DNA of 63,858 bases, filler included, from Trichosphaerium sp. ATCC 40318 (taxonomy: Eukaryota > Protista > Tubulinea), in the NCBI GenBank assembly GCA_038496445.1. It is 3 parts of 3 records of this genome, joined end to end, with 100 filler letters (N's around TTAATTAATTAA, not from the genome) between each part and the next. Parts side by side here need not be neighbours in the genome. Positions count along the whole stretch, not along the records: positions 1 to 27,540 come from JALMLS010000060.1; 2 more parts are not named here. One strand, written 5' to 3'. Numbering within the stretch: the stretch's first letter is position 1; each line of letters starts with the position of its first letter. A program made the translations under genes and the position numbers. The notes below the pieces were generated by a model. The model ran no database searches. It was given only the letters and a program-made list of their open reading frames with translations, and was not told where the DNA came from. Positions 13,346-26,133 of this stretch are shown piece after piece.

Positions 13346-14685
13346 ATATTACTCGTATAAACTAAGCACTTAATTTATGGCACTCTATATAATTACAAGA
13401 AACGCCATGATGACTCAAGTGTGTTTGTAAACTCTACTGTTATGGCCTTTTTTATCAGAGCATTAATACATTTACGTGTAATACAATCGTTTCTTTTGTT
13501 TCCCTTTGAAATGACTAACTTATGTACAGTCTTGGCTTATTGTTGGTACATGTGCTTTGAACGGAAAAGGATTAGGAGAATCATTACACTGGTTAGCAGA
13601 TAGAGTTGACATTTAGAAAATAAATAAGATATTGAATACAGGTTGCACAACCGAAAAAGTTATCCAACAAATACAGCGCATGTGTAACATTAAATGAGCA
13701 CTTGCAGAAAGTCTTTTTGATAAGTTGATCTTTAAAATGCTTCGTAAGTTTAATGAAGGTTGTAAATGGTTTGTCCAGCTCAAAATGGCTATACATAATC
13801 AAAACAACTTGCTTCCTTCTTTAAGAAGTGACCCAGTTATGTGGGGAGCGTCAGTAGCGGTAGTATCCTGGTATACACAAAAAAGATAAAGGATTTTAGG
13901 ATGCAACACATTATCTTCTCTAATGGCATGCTTGACTCTAGCTACTCTGTTGATTACAAGTAGTCTTAAACACTAAAATCAAAAGTTCACGTGATATTTT
14001 GGGTCTCATTACATTTTGCCCAAACCTCTATTTTAATACTTTGCATGCGTAGTAAAATGTAACAAGTAAATTCTTTGGCTTCAAGAACGTTTTTGAAACT
14101 ATTTTCGGTATTTCGAAAAAAAAGTCACTCCAACTCCTTAAGGGCATGCACAGTGATTAGGGTAATGTATAAAGACAGGAAGGTTTTGTGGCAGCGGACC
14201 GCTAATGAACCGGTTTTTTTCGTTTCAGTCCGAGACCGGTATTTCTGGTGGTACTGTGTATTACAAAGGGACTACAAAACGTATTAAAGAATGGTACGAA
14301 AATGGCAACTTATGCCTTTCTGGCTACAAGCGAGGTAACTCTGTTGAAATTGACTGGCCACCCTGCGTCAACATACTTTTTCCACTGAAATATCATTCTA
14401 ACTTAACAGGCCTTAAGCAGTGGATCCACTCGTTAATCCATTATGGTTTTCGTTCAACAGACGGATACCAAATTGTCACGAACATTAGAAACGTATAATC
14501 CTTTGAACGTTCTGTAACCTTCTTTTGCGGGCTTGCTTTACAGCTCAATGACTGTATTTTTAGGAAGGTACACATAAATTCAGTGAGCGGCTGTCATTCT
14601 AGAAAAAATTTTCTCGGCTTTCGGGCTTCGGGTTTCGTATTTTTATAAATTTTAATTCACTTTATTTACCTTCCGCTCTTAACAG

Positions 14686-16895
14686 ATGGACAATAAGGGT
14701 ATCAAATCCAGTTTACTGGTATGTTTTGTACTGCTTGCTATTGCTACAGCCCAAGGTACAGGTTGGGGATCAAAGAAAACTACAAACAGAGTTAATTGAC
14801 GGTTAAATAGATCCAATCGCACACTTGAAGTTTGATGGTGACTTTGAAGGAGATTTGTTAACAACGGCAGGAACGGAAGATCCAATATTTGTTGCGGATC
14901 GCTTTGGAAATGCCAACAGCGCTATATACTTCGGAGAGGAATCAAAGCCAGTTCGCATTAGTACGTAACGCAGTACAGAAAGGATATTTTACCAAAAAAC
15001 GCGCTACACGCTTTAAAAACTACTCCTCTACGTTGATCGTCGCGTTTACGTGCGTTTTTAGGTAATACAACAATACAAAGCGTATTTAAAAGCGCTCCTA
15101 TGACTCTTTCCTTCTGGATGAGCCGTAAGTACAGACGTACACAGCCTATATTCGATGCTCGCGATACACCACAAAATGGTGGGTTTGAAGCTTACGTTGG
15201 GACGAATGGAGATGGAATTACAATGTGTTCAGCAAACGCTTGCAGTGGCAGAGCATGGCAGGATAATTTACCTGCAGGAACATGGTTTTTATTGACGTTT
15301 GTCGTTCAATCTGCAAACACAAACATCGAGTTCTATGTCAACAATGTTCTTGCAACAGATTTTGTAGTTACTGGAGGACCCGTATTATCTGCAACGTCTA
15401 ATTTTTTACCTATTATTGGTGGAGATGGTATGTCATCTTCCAGTGCATTCAAATTTGACCCTGTTTTCAAACACACTATCACGTGACTTTGCTGAAAAAA
15501 ATTTTTCATATTATTTATGTGTTGTGTTTGTTTTTTTTGTTGTACGTCTCATTCTCTTATTTTTGGATAGCAATCCGAAGTGGAAATGGCTACGCGATAG
15601 ATGACATGAAATTTTGGGATAGTGCACTTGATTCGACAGAAAGGTACTCTTTTGTTTAGTTGCGTTACTAATACGCTCTAGATCGGCACAACTTGACTTT
15701 ACTTATCCTCCTTTTGCACCCTTTAATCAAGGACTTGAACCTGGTAAGAAGACTTTCTTTTATATAGCCGTTTTTACAATGTACTTGATAAGGGGTTAAT
15801 AAGTTATTATTATAGAGGCTCATATTACATTTGATGGTATAGGCGAGATTGGAGGAATGTATACAGACGCTGGTACTGATCCAGAGTTTGAAGCTGACCG
15901 ATTTGGAAACCCAAACAGTGCACTTTGTTTCGAGGACGGAGCAAAGGAACTAGAAATAAGTACGCTACAATATACCTGAAAGGGTTATGGTGTGTTCTTA
16001 TAGACTAACGAAATCTATCAAAGCTGATGAAGATGTCTTCGCTGCTATTAAAAAAGCACCGCTAACAATCGCTTTTTGGCTAAGCAGAGAAAAAAACCAA
16101 CGTCAAAGAATACTCACCTTTCGTGACAATCCTAACAGTGTTGGATTGGAGCTTTACTCCGGTATTAACGGTACCAGGCTGACTATGTGTGTGACTAGTA
16201 GCTGTAGTGGTACTGCTTGGACAGATGACACCCCTGCAAGGACATGGAATCTGATAATGCTTGAAATAATTAACACTAATAATCAAATTACTTTGTCTGT
16301 CAATAATGAAGTCGCAAAAGTATTTGAAGTTACTCCACCTGTACTTGGTAATGCTCAATCTAGAAGACCTATTATTGGAGGTACGTGGTTTAAACAATAC
16401 CTAGAAAGCTTTTAAAGTTCGACAAACGTAGTCACGTGTTTCTTTTTATATTTGGTTACAACTTATTTGCTATAGAAACTACTACAGGTTTGAGTGGTAA
16501 TGGTACTTGTATCGATGATTTCAGAGTATACTCAAGGATGCTAGAACAGTGGGAAAAGTGCGTTTTTTGTTAATTGTCAACTCTATGGTTATTGACATTC
16601 TCGTGCTAGAAACGCTTTACTTGACTTCCCGCCGACTCCACCACCCACCTCCGCACCAACGACTATATCTCCAACTACAGCAGAACCAACTGCTCCAATT
16701 GGACCAACACCAATAGCTCCCTCTGTGCCTCCGACAACAGCTACACCAACAGCTCCAATTCCCCCAACCACAGTAGCGCCAACAGATCCTACTACTCAGG
16801 CCCCAGTAGCACCAAGTTCGCAAACAACAAGTGGTTTTACATGTGATAAAGCTGCAGTGTCAGCAATCGTAGCTCTCTTGTTTCTACTCTTGTAG
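14686..16895 (+). CDS. Tandem LamG-like GPI-type surface protein, copy 3 (allele or paralogue)
   Basis: Same exon structure as copy 1, with clean substitutions (WISRK->WMSRK, RVWQ->RAWQ, WIDN->WTDD) and in-frame indels in the P/T stalk. Confidence 0.8.
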
Positions 16896-17194
16896 CTGAA
16901 TGGATTGATCACGTAATAAATCATTGTTAGACAAAGTTATCTAAATGCGTACTTACAAATAACCCACCGTATAGGTGGACATATTACCACCCATTAACTA
17001 AGTAATTGTGTTTTGACAAAACTATTAGCTAAAACTAGCAAGTTCTGTAAACTTTACAGTGAAAGATTTTTGCCTTTTTTTCACTGAACAATACTCAACA
17101 GACATTAATTTGAATTAGAGAACCATTGTTTGCAACTGAAAAAAACCAAAGAGAACTGCAAAAGCAGCACACAAACCACAATAAACCTTTGCGA

Positions 17195-17801
17195 ATGGAG
17201 GAAACAACAACAAAAGCAACCCTAGTCTTACAAAAGCCAGGAACATACACCATTACAATCAACCCAAACAAAATCACATGAGGATGCTCCGAAGCACCGT
17301 GATCTATGCTGTACAGTATTCTACGAAGGTACATTTTAGCCTACAGCTAACAATGACAGGCAAATAGTACGATATCTAAAACACTATGTAGAAGCTAGTA
17401 CCACATGGCATCAAGCTGGAGAGCATATTGTTGACTTTGTAAATGGGCTGCCAAATCCTAAGAACCAATTTAAAAGTAGTACAGTAAGCAAAATGCACTA
17501 CAACAACTGTATCATGAATACAGTCTACTACTACGATGGAGTCACCGAATTGTGTTTATTCTGAATCTAAGCTTCACTTTGAACTTCACCTACTGGGCGA
17601 CGGAGGATGGGAATTTCTCGCACCAGTACGTTGCCTGCTCTAACAGAGCAATTAGTGTCCAAACTAACAGCTTGTTTAGCGACTGCTCAAGCGGTGTTTG
17701 GAAAGTTTGGGAACAGACTCGCAGCTACAGGTGTTGCTCTCACTGAAACATCACAAGGACGTGACTCTAAATCTCTATTCATTCCATTCTATTGGGAGTA
17801 A
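17195..17801 (+). CDS. Hypothetical gene, copy 3
   Basis: Diverged copy of 4357-4961. Confidence 0.45.
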
Positions 17802-18296
17802 CTGTCCCTCGTTCGAGCAAGTTACTTCATACCTTTGGACTACAAGCTTGTTGGTTCAATAAATAGTCTATTTTTGTTAAGGCACGTGTTTTTTAGTTAT
17901 ATTATTTACCTCTCAACACGATGTCAAAAGCTTGTCATTACTGTATAAGCGTTGTAGTCATAATTCTTAGAGAATATTATGATAACGGTGTTCTTGTAGT
18001 AAGTATATGAACAACAAACTTGAAGGAGGAAGGACTGTACAAGAAATGGTAGGCTTGAAACCAAGGTACAATATGTAAAAGGAAAGAACATGTACCTGAA
18101 GAGACAAGGTATGAGAATGGGGAGAGAGGTGAAAATCCCCGCTTTTCGAGATAAAATCCCCGCGCGGGTATTTTCACCCCTTGGTGTTGTGTTTATGGGC
18201 GTTTGGTTTTCTCGTGTTGTACTCACGTGATGCGTTTTTGTATTGTTCACGTGTTGTTTAAGCGTAATAAAGTTTAAATATACATAAATACAAGAA

Positions 18297-21200
18297 ATGG
18301 AGGAGCAAGTCCTTGTTAAAGACTTGCCAGAGCTGTTAAACGTGCACAGTGAAACCACTGTGTACAATGCCGAGTGGAGATGCCAGTACACAACTCGAGC
18401 AAACGGAACAAAGCGAAAAAAGACAATGCGCTGCCACAACTCCATAAAAAAGACAAGACGGGTACTTGGAGGAAAAAAGTTTGCAAATCCACGCTTTGCA
18501 GGCGAAGATGCGCTTAAATATTTCTCTGTACCTGCAGATAAGGTTCCCCGTAATGTTATCCTCTGCAAAGAGACTTTGGAGTGTACAACATGTGACTCTG
18601 ATTGTGATTGCGTATTGACGTGGGAAATACGTACTTCAGATCAAACCTACGCGACTGTAACCATAAAAGGCTCTCACAAATCAAATTGGAAAGCCCGACA
18701 AGACATTTCGCTTAAATATTACAAACACTTGGTGCGTGTAACTCCTGATAATAGCGTAAGTTAACCAAAAATGGTAGGCTCGGAAACGTCTCATTTTAGA
18801 AGATGAGTACGGCATATCAGAAAGATTTGGTAGAGCAAAGCCCTCGGCATTTGTTTCTGATGCACTACCAAAACTGAAACGAGAACTGATGAATAATCAC
18901 AGCCATCCTCTCATCAAAGATGTATATGACATTAAATGGAACATCTCAGCGACAAAAATAAAAGAATGGAGCAAACACAATCAAAATATTGAGCCGTAAG
19001 TATTTAAATACTAAAACAAAGTTTGTTTATTTTTTTATAGGTCTACAAACATTGTGGATGAAGTACTCAACTTTTTAGACCAAGCTCAGTTTAAAGATTA
19101 CATCCTTTACCCTAAACAACCTGAGCACAAGCCAACGCACAAGGACAGCCACTTTTGTATTGTGCTGGCAACCCCAGAAAGTCTGAAACAGGTCTAAAAA
19201 AATATACCAGTTTTTTTGGTATATACCACTTTTATACCACTTTTTTATACCAGTTTTTTATGGTATATACCAAAAAAAGTGGTATATTTTGACTGAAATA
19301 TACCAAAAAAAGTGGTATATTGACCAAATATACCAACAATATACCAAAAAAAACAGGTATAAAAACAGAAAATATACCACTTTTTTTCACCAGAAAAAAA
19401 AAAATATACCACTTTTTTATACCACTTTTTTTAGGTATATACCAGTTATATACCACTTTTTTATAGCAGTTTTTCATGGTATATACCACTCTTATATACC
19501 ACTTTATGCTTACTTATAGTACACCTGCAATTCCAGAAAATACACTTTATTTAATACACAGTTTGTGAGTTACAAGTTTTGGACAATGTCCACTACAGTT
19601 ACATTACTATGGGCGTCTGGAAAATTTGTCCATCTCCATGAGCTTGCTGTACCTACTGTAAAAACATGCTGCGCACCTAATGAAAGTGGCTCCACCTGAA
19701 TCTATCAATTACTAAGGCCTACGGAGGTCGGTTAATGTATATCAAACGAAAATAAAATAAAACTTTGTCTGGTACCCACGAACGTCTGTATAATACCTGC
19801 AATATAGTTTCCTCAATGTTTGTAATGGAATCAGGTCCTGCGGTCCGAATGAGCTTGGTTTGGTTAGATTCTATGATATACTAAGGTCCCTACGCACCGT
19901 TCAATGTATGACGTCCATGATCGTTCAACAAGAAAACCCATTACCAAAAAGCTCCTTAATGACCTTCTTGAAGCATACCATAAAAGTGGTATATACCAAT
20001 AAAAAGGTGGTATATACCACATACCATAAAAAAGTGGTATATACCACTTTATATACCATTTTTAGAAGGTCTCATTATGTGAATGAAAAGTGGTATATAC
20101 CACTTCTATATACCACTTTTTTATTCACTTAATTTTTAAAAAAAGTGGTATTTCAAAATGGTATATACCAGTTCATATACCATTTTGTTGAAAAAAGTGG
20201 TATATACCATAAAAAAACTGGTATATACCACTTTAATTTTTAGACCTGAATACTTACACAAATACGGAAAAAAAGTGGTCGGCATAGACAGCGTATATAA
20301 ATTCAACGCATACTCTTTTCCTATTTGGGGTATGGTATGTGAAGACCCTCACACAGGAAGAGGATTCCTAGGAGCATTATGCATTGCTTCAAGTAGCGAA
20401 GCAGAAAATGTACAAGCTTTTTTAGACGTGATAAAAATAAAAATGAAATCAGTGGTAAAATGAAAACGGGATTTTGGATATAAATCCCACTAAATTCCTT
20501 TGTTTTAGGGATTTTTAAGGTAATTTGTGAAGAATTCTTATTTTTATTTTTTTTTATGGCAGGATTTTTGATAGAATTACCATAATATTCCCTTAAATAC
20601 GGAATTTTCAGAATTATTGTACAAAATCCACCAAATAATGTACTAATTTAGTTAGGGTTAGGGTTAGGGCTAGGGTTGAGGTTTATGAAAGTACAAATTA
20701 AGTTAGGGTTAGGGTTTAGTTTTATATTTGCAAAAAACCATCAAAACCTTAGGTACATAGGTTTTTCTAGCGAACAATATCCACATGCTATTATTAAAGG
20801 TGAAAAAACCAATGGTACAGGTTAAAGTGCGTTAATCAAAAAAGTAACAGAGAACGCGTTTTAGGTGGTTTGGAAAATCACTTAAACATAAATATCTCTT
20901 ACTTATCTGTTTTAGGATGATTAAAGCATTGCAACAGCCTTATTACACCATTAAAGAATGTATTTAAAGCATTAACTCCAAGTATGTTGTTTTTAAAGCT
21001 TATTTCCACTTAATTTATCAAAAAACCCTACGCATTCTTAATTTAGCGTTTACAAACGCATTAATTATTGTTCAGGCTCTCAAAACCAAATGCGATCAAA
21101 TTATTTCTTTCGTTTATGAAGACACGATGTATTTAACTTGTACGTATTATTTAGGATGTTTGTATTTTGTAATGATCAATAAATAAAATGACTTTGCATT

Positions 21201-24200
21201 AAATCTGAACCAAAGTATCGAATAATATTTTGTGTAATTTATATAAAGTATTTTTTATTGAAATCTACAAAAAATACATTAAGAAATGCTATAAAGAATA
21301 CATAGAGAATTCTATATAAAATACATACGCAATTTCAAAAGTAATACTCTAAGAATTCTATGAGTAATACTTATGGAATTTCATATAAATTCAATGGGAA
21401 TTAAGGAAGAGTTTTTCCGTCTACTTTTCCCATAGGAAAACAGGGTGGATTACTTAAAAATTCCCATTTCTATTTTACTACTGATGGACGTTTGGAGGTA
21501 CATTAAAAATTATCAATTTAGTCTCATTGTGTGTAGAAAATGATTGGAGTCCAAAAATAATGATAGACAAGGACTCAGCTGAACGAAAAGGTATTATTGA
21601 TGCTGGTTTAGAGTTTTTGTTGTGCCAGTTTCATTATAAACATACTTGGGGTGGTGAACTGCGAGATAGATTTAAATTGAAAGCAAACACGCCAGAATAG
21701 TACGAAATTGTTTATCATTCCATTAACAATGTTATTATAGCGCTGAAGCAATGAAACAACTATGTTTGTTGGAACGAGCTACTTCTGACGAAGATTTGAC
21801 TTTTCGAGAAACTGCTTTTTTGGCATTTTGTAAAAGCAAATGCACACAAAATAAATGGTCCAACAGGTCTGAAAATTATCATGGTATAATACCATATTTT
21901 ATGGTATAATCACCTTTTATGGTACAAGCTCAGTATAATCCATAATTATACCATATAATTATACCATAAAATATGGTATAATACCATGTTTTTTGGACAA
22001 ATGGTATAACAGCCATTATACCATGTTTATACCATATCTCAATTTATAGAATATAATTATACCATAAAACATGGTACTATACCATGGTATTATACTGCAT
22101 TTTAAAGTATATTATACCACACATTATACCATATAATTATACCATAAAACACAGTATTATACCATGGTATTATACCACATTTTACAGTATATTATACCAT
22201 GCATTATACCATATAATTATACCATAAAATGTGGTATTATACCGTGGTATTATACTGTATTTTACAGTATTGTATACTGTGCATTATACCATATAATTAT
22301 ACCATAAAATGTGGTATTATACCGTGGTATTATACTGTATAAGTATAAGTTAGTCAAAGCTCACTTGGTCTGCACTTGATTTAATAGCATATGGACCTAC
22401 GCAAATGCCATACCACACAATGCTTTGACAGTAGCCATTATTGAACATAATTGGCATATAAATGTGTGAAAAACAGTTTTAAGAGAGAAATCTGGTAACG
22501 CGCCCCAATTATGGGCGTTTTAGGGATAAATTGGCCAACTTTCTCCGATTAATGGTATTTGAGGAAGAAACCACTCCGTGTACCCCATGTTAGAACGCTA
22601 CAGTGGTATACACACCAAAAACGCGTTTAGCACTCGAAAAATGCCCATTCGCAAAAACCTCCAATTGGAGGTTTTTTTCTCCAGCTCTCATTTTTTTCTC
22701 CCTCCATATGCATTTTTACACTCAATCAACGCCATACAGCCTCATTTACCAAATCAGGAGCAAAATTATTTATTTTTTTTTGACATTCTTGATATATGCC
22801 CCAATGTGTGTTAAACCACGCAATTAGTGTTATAAGGCAAAGTTGTTTCAGAGCCTACCCATTTTTCGAGTTTTTGGTTTTTTTTTGATTTTTTTGGATT
22901 GTTTTGGTTTTTTTCCTACTAAACACCTGCATTTGCCGGAACAGATAGCATTTAGGCTCTGCACCCATGCGTTGACCTTACGAGTGATATTGTAAACTAA
23001 TTGGCTAAGCCAGGGCATAAAACTAAGTCTTGACCAGTTTATTGCCCACACAACACAAGGTACGCTAGAAAGTAGTTGTTTTAAAGCTGTTTGCCATAGG
23101 TTTTACAGGCTTAATAGGTGATATAAAAAAAACAAAACGTGTTAGCCGCCCAACCAGGTACTATTCCGCTAGAACTCGTTTCCGATGAGGTTGGTAGCTA
23201 TTTTCATTTCTTTGTTTTAGTCTTGGTTTGGCTTCACCATGCAGGTCATTTGTTACTCTCAGTGCTGCCATCACAACAAAACAGCAATTTTTGTACGACT
23301 ATTTATTTTGTGTACAAGAAACCAAGCCGGCGCTAACTCTTCTTTTAGGTTTTGTGCTATATCCATTCAATGCACTTACAGCAAGTACGATCTGTTCTTT
23401 TAAGGTTATTTGATCACTGCAAAAAAGGACATGGGCAAAACTAAAGGTCACGGATGTAAACAAAAAAAAAATGTATTAATAAATGTGTTTTTATTTTTAG
23501 AACAGTTTTTACACGGTATAATACACCTGGTTTTGTGGTATAATCTACCAAGTTTTAAGGTATAATATACCATGCTTTATGGTATTATACTGTGTTTTAT
23601 ACCATGTTTTATGGTAGAATTATACCATATAATGCATTTTCAGGTGAAAAAATATGGTATAAATTTGCACTTTCTACTGTATATTTATGGTATAATTTGG
23701 CTGTTTCATGGTATAAATCCTTTGATTTATGGTATATTATACTGGAATTTGTGGTATAAAATTGGAATCAATGGTATAATTATACCACAAATTCATGGTA
23801 TCTACCATAAAAACAGCTCAAGAATTTTAGACCTGAACAATCCACAGTGTGCTGCATGGTATAAAAACCCAAAAATCAAAAAGAAGGTTGATCCCGGCAA
23901 TGCTTTTTACTGGTACTTCAAAACAATTGGTATACTCTCTTTTTTTTGTCTTATTCTAATGCTGCTAGGCTTTCAAAGGATTGGCGTGCCTCATGGCCTG
24001 ACTTTGGACGTCCATATAGACTCGGACTCTTTAACACAAACAATAAGGTTGAGACCCAATGGAAGCAATTCATGGCAATATTTGGTGCGTAAAAAGGTTT
24101 AAAAGAAAAAAACAAACTGATTACGTTTTAGGTTTTTCTCAGCATCGCTATGGTATAACACGCTGCATGACCATCTTACCAGCCATTCTGCTACACCACT

Positions 24201-25162
24201 GTGTTGTACAGAACTCAATTGAGACAACTGGAGGCACACACATTTGCAAATCACTCGCAAAACTAAAAAGCGAGGAAATGGAGCGCAAAGCTATGAACTT
24301 GCTGTTAAAAGTATGTGATTGGGTTTTTTTCTGTAAATGCATCAATAAATTAATAATACTGTAGCGACACATAACTAAAGTAGACCAAATTAATGGTGTT
24401 ACTATGTATGCGTGTCTGGCTAGTGAAAAGAAAATCAGTTATCCAATTTCTTTGAACAACGCAACAGCCACTTGTGGCTGTCCGTACTTTCTCCACCATG
24501 GCAAGGTTTGCAAGCACATTGTGGCTTGTCGCCTTTTTGAGCAAGGTTTCAGCGAAGAGATGGTTGCAGATGAACGCACTATTTTTTTAAATCGCGGTAA
24601 AATTTTACTTTTACTTACCAGCCTTCATTGACCTCTTTTTAGCTAGCGTTGAGCCTTTGAAGAGTCAGGATAAAGAAACAGCAAGAAAAGAAACACGACA
24701 GCGCAGGTTACGCTATAAAAAAAATAAATCAAACAAAGGATCAACAAAGTCATCAGCAATGCCAATCTCTTCATCACCAACACCTCCAGAATCAGTGTGT
24801 AGCTCTCCCGGTTCTTTGTGTTCTCAGCACTCCCCAGAATCTATTTGTACTGGAAATATTATTATTGACGCAGTATTAACCCCTCCAAACTCCCCTCTAC
24901 CTCCTGTGGCACAAAATAACCCTTCTTTATGTACCACACAGTGTGCACAACCTGATATTAGCACCTTGCAAACTATTGAAGCGTTTAGAGTTGAGAAATC
25001 TGTCTCTCGTACTATTTTTTTTTTTTTTTGAATACTTACCACTTATTTAGCTGTCCAAAAACGATCACAATCAGAGTTTTGGAAGGGCTCAGTAAAGGTG
25101 AAGTGGAATTAAAATCACGACGTCGTGTAAAACGTGTTGATTACTCGAATACTTGTAAATAA
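18297..25162 (+). CDS. MULE transposase with SWIM zinc finger, multi-exon, interrupted by three nested elements (3' end approximate)
   Basis: VVGIDSVYKFN (first D), KIMIDKDSAE...LLCQFH (second D plus CxxH), QNSIET (E), CGCPYFLHHGKVCKHI (SWIM CxC...CxH). Confidence 0.9.
19189..20248. mobile_element. Non-autonomous TIR element A (CAGGTCTAAAA...TTTTAGACCTG), 2-bp TSD AA, TATACCA subterminal arrays
   Basis: Terminal inverted repeats with AA on both sides. Removal plus one AA restores ESLK|YLHKYG in the transposase frame. Confidence 0.88.
20450..21483. mobile_element. Non-autonomous TIR element B (CAGTGGTAAAAT...ATTTTACTACTG), 2-bp TSD AT
   Basis: Imperfect ~27-bp TIR with AT on both sides. Removal restores MK|WTFG in frame with the next exon ENDWSPKIMIDKD. 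Confidence 0.85.
20651..20716 (+). repeat. Interstitial telomere-like TTAGGG repeats within element B
   Basis: GTTAGGGTTAGGGTTAGGGCTAGGGTTGAGG and GTTAGGGTTAGGGTTT. Confidence 0.7.
21864..23835. mobile_element. Non-autonomous TIR element C (CAGGTCTGAAAATT...AATTTTAGACCTG), 2-bp TSD AA, ATTATACCA arrays
   Basis: TIR related to element A. Removal restores KWSN|NPQCAAWYK in frame. Confidence 0.88.
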
Positions 25163-26133
25163 ATTTTTTTTAAAACACGTGGTTATTGCAATGTTTGAAC
25201 GTTATTTGAATTTTATTATGCTTAAACAACACGTGAGCAATACAAAAACGCATCACGTACACGAGAAAACCAAACACCCAGAAACACAACACCGAGGGGT
25301 GAAAATACCCGCGCGGGGATTTTATCTCGAAAAGCGGGGATTTTCACCTCTCTCCTGAGAATGGGAGGCTACAGACTATGATGTCATACACAAATGGTAA
25401 ACTGCACGGGAATTATTCATGTTGGCATGTCAACGGAAAGCCTAGTGTTGTAAAATCATATGATAGAGGTCATTGTGTTAAATCAAATACATGGTATGCT
25501 TCTGGATGCAAGCGTGGTACTATGTATTACAAAGGGACTACAAAACGTATTAAAGAATGGTACGAAAATGGCAACTTATGCCTTTCTGGCTACAAGCGAG
25601 GTGACTCTGTTGAATTGAAACATTGATAATAATGGCAAGTGTAGACTCACTGAACAACACCACAAAGGAGCGAAACATGGGACAAGGACTGAACGGTGCA
25701 AAGACGGAAAACTACGCTCATTTCGTGCTTATGAGAATGGTATTCGTCATGGAGAATTTAAGGCATGTTACAAAAACGGAAACCAACGTTTTCTGTGCTA
25801 CTATAAGGATGGTAAAGTAGATGGAGTAAAGGTTGAGTGGCATAAAGATGGTGCATTCAAATCAGTGAGGTTGAGAGTATAGCATACGTGAAGAACAAAA
25901 AAAACCTGAAATCAAATGATCAACATAGCTGAGTGACTCCATAATAAATTCTTCCCCTAGGTTCGAGACTCGTATCCTACATTACCTGTGGTCATTAGAA
26001 TCAAACTGTTACAGCTACTTCTAGAAAATTAAGGACCAGGAGCTGAATCTGAGCCAAAGAAAAGGCAAGAACCTTGATTGATTAGGTTTTTATTTTTCAA
26101 CAGCATCTTAAATAAAGCCACTCATCAGCCAGA

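Larger units (their letters stand above)
700..17900. repeat. Zig-zag inverted triplication (A, reverse-A, A) with turn-arounds near 6400-7080 and ~13100
   Basis: ORFs at 2268/3155/4288 recur reversed at 10811/9894/8935 and forward at 15100/15987. Sequence becomes indel-rich toward each turn-around. Confidence 0.9.
18121..25355 (+). mobile_element. Mutator-like (MULE) DNA transposon, full length
   Basis: ~160-bp TIRs starting GGAGAGAGGTGAAAATCCCCGCTTTTCGAGATAAAATCCCCGCGCGGG (18121) and ending with its reverse complement at 25355. 9-bp TSD TGAGAATGG at 18112-18120 and 25356-25364. Empty site visible at ~5317-5325. Confidence 0.95.
17921..25882 (+). pseudogene. MORN-variant repeat gene interrupted by the MULE insertion
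   Basis: 5' part at 17921-18120; continues after 25356 with MMSYTNGKLHGNYSCWHVNGK...YENGIRHGEFKACYKNGN...YKDGKVDGVKVEWHKDG. Confidence 0.8.

Noticed and set aside
19232-19519. ORFs in TATACCA/AATGCC arrays (also 19860-20132, 5' part of 23572-24102, 39478-39711, 41838-42071, 42545-42760)
   Set aside because: Low-complexity subterminal repeats of the non-autonomous elements.
19189-20248. Elements A and C as Introner-like, perfectly spliced insertions (their TIRs contain CAG|GT and TTTTAG|)
   Set aside because: Splicing at these sites leaves CAG+ACCTG+AA = 10 nt, a frameshift in both cases; element B has no terminal AG.
21880-22340. Regularly spaced repeats resembling a CRISPR array
   Set aside because: Degenerate tandem units without unique spacers, inside a TIR element in eukaryotic DNA, with no cas genes.
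23414-23430. CACTGCAAAAAA as the end of a nested CACTA element in element C
   Set aside because: No matching inverted terminus or TSD was found.
25950-25990. GGTTCGAGAC T-loop/B-box-like motif suggesting a tRNA
   Set aside because: No acceptor, D or anticodon stems could be formed.
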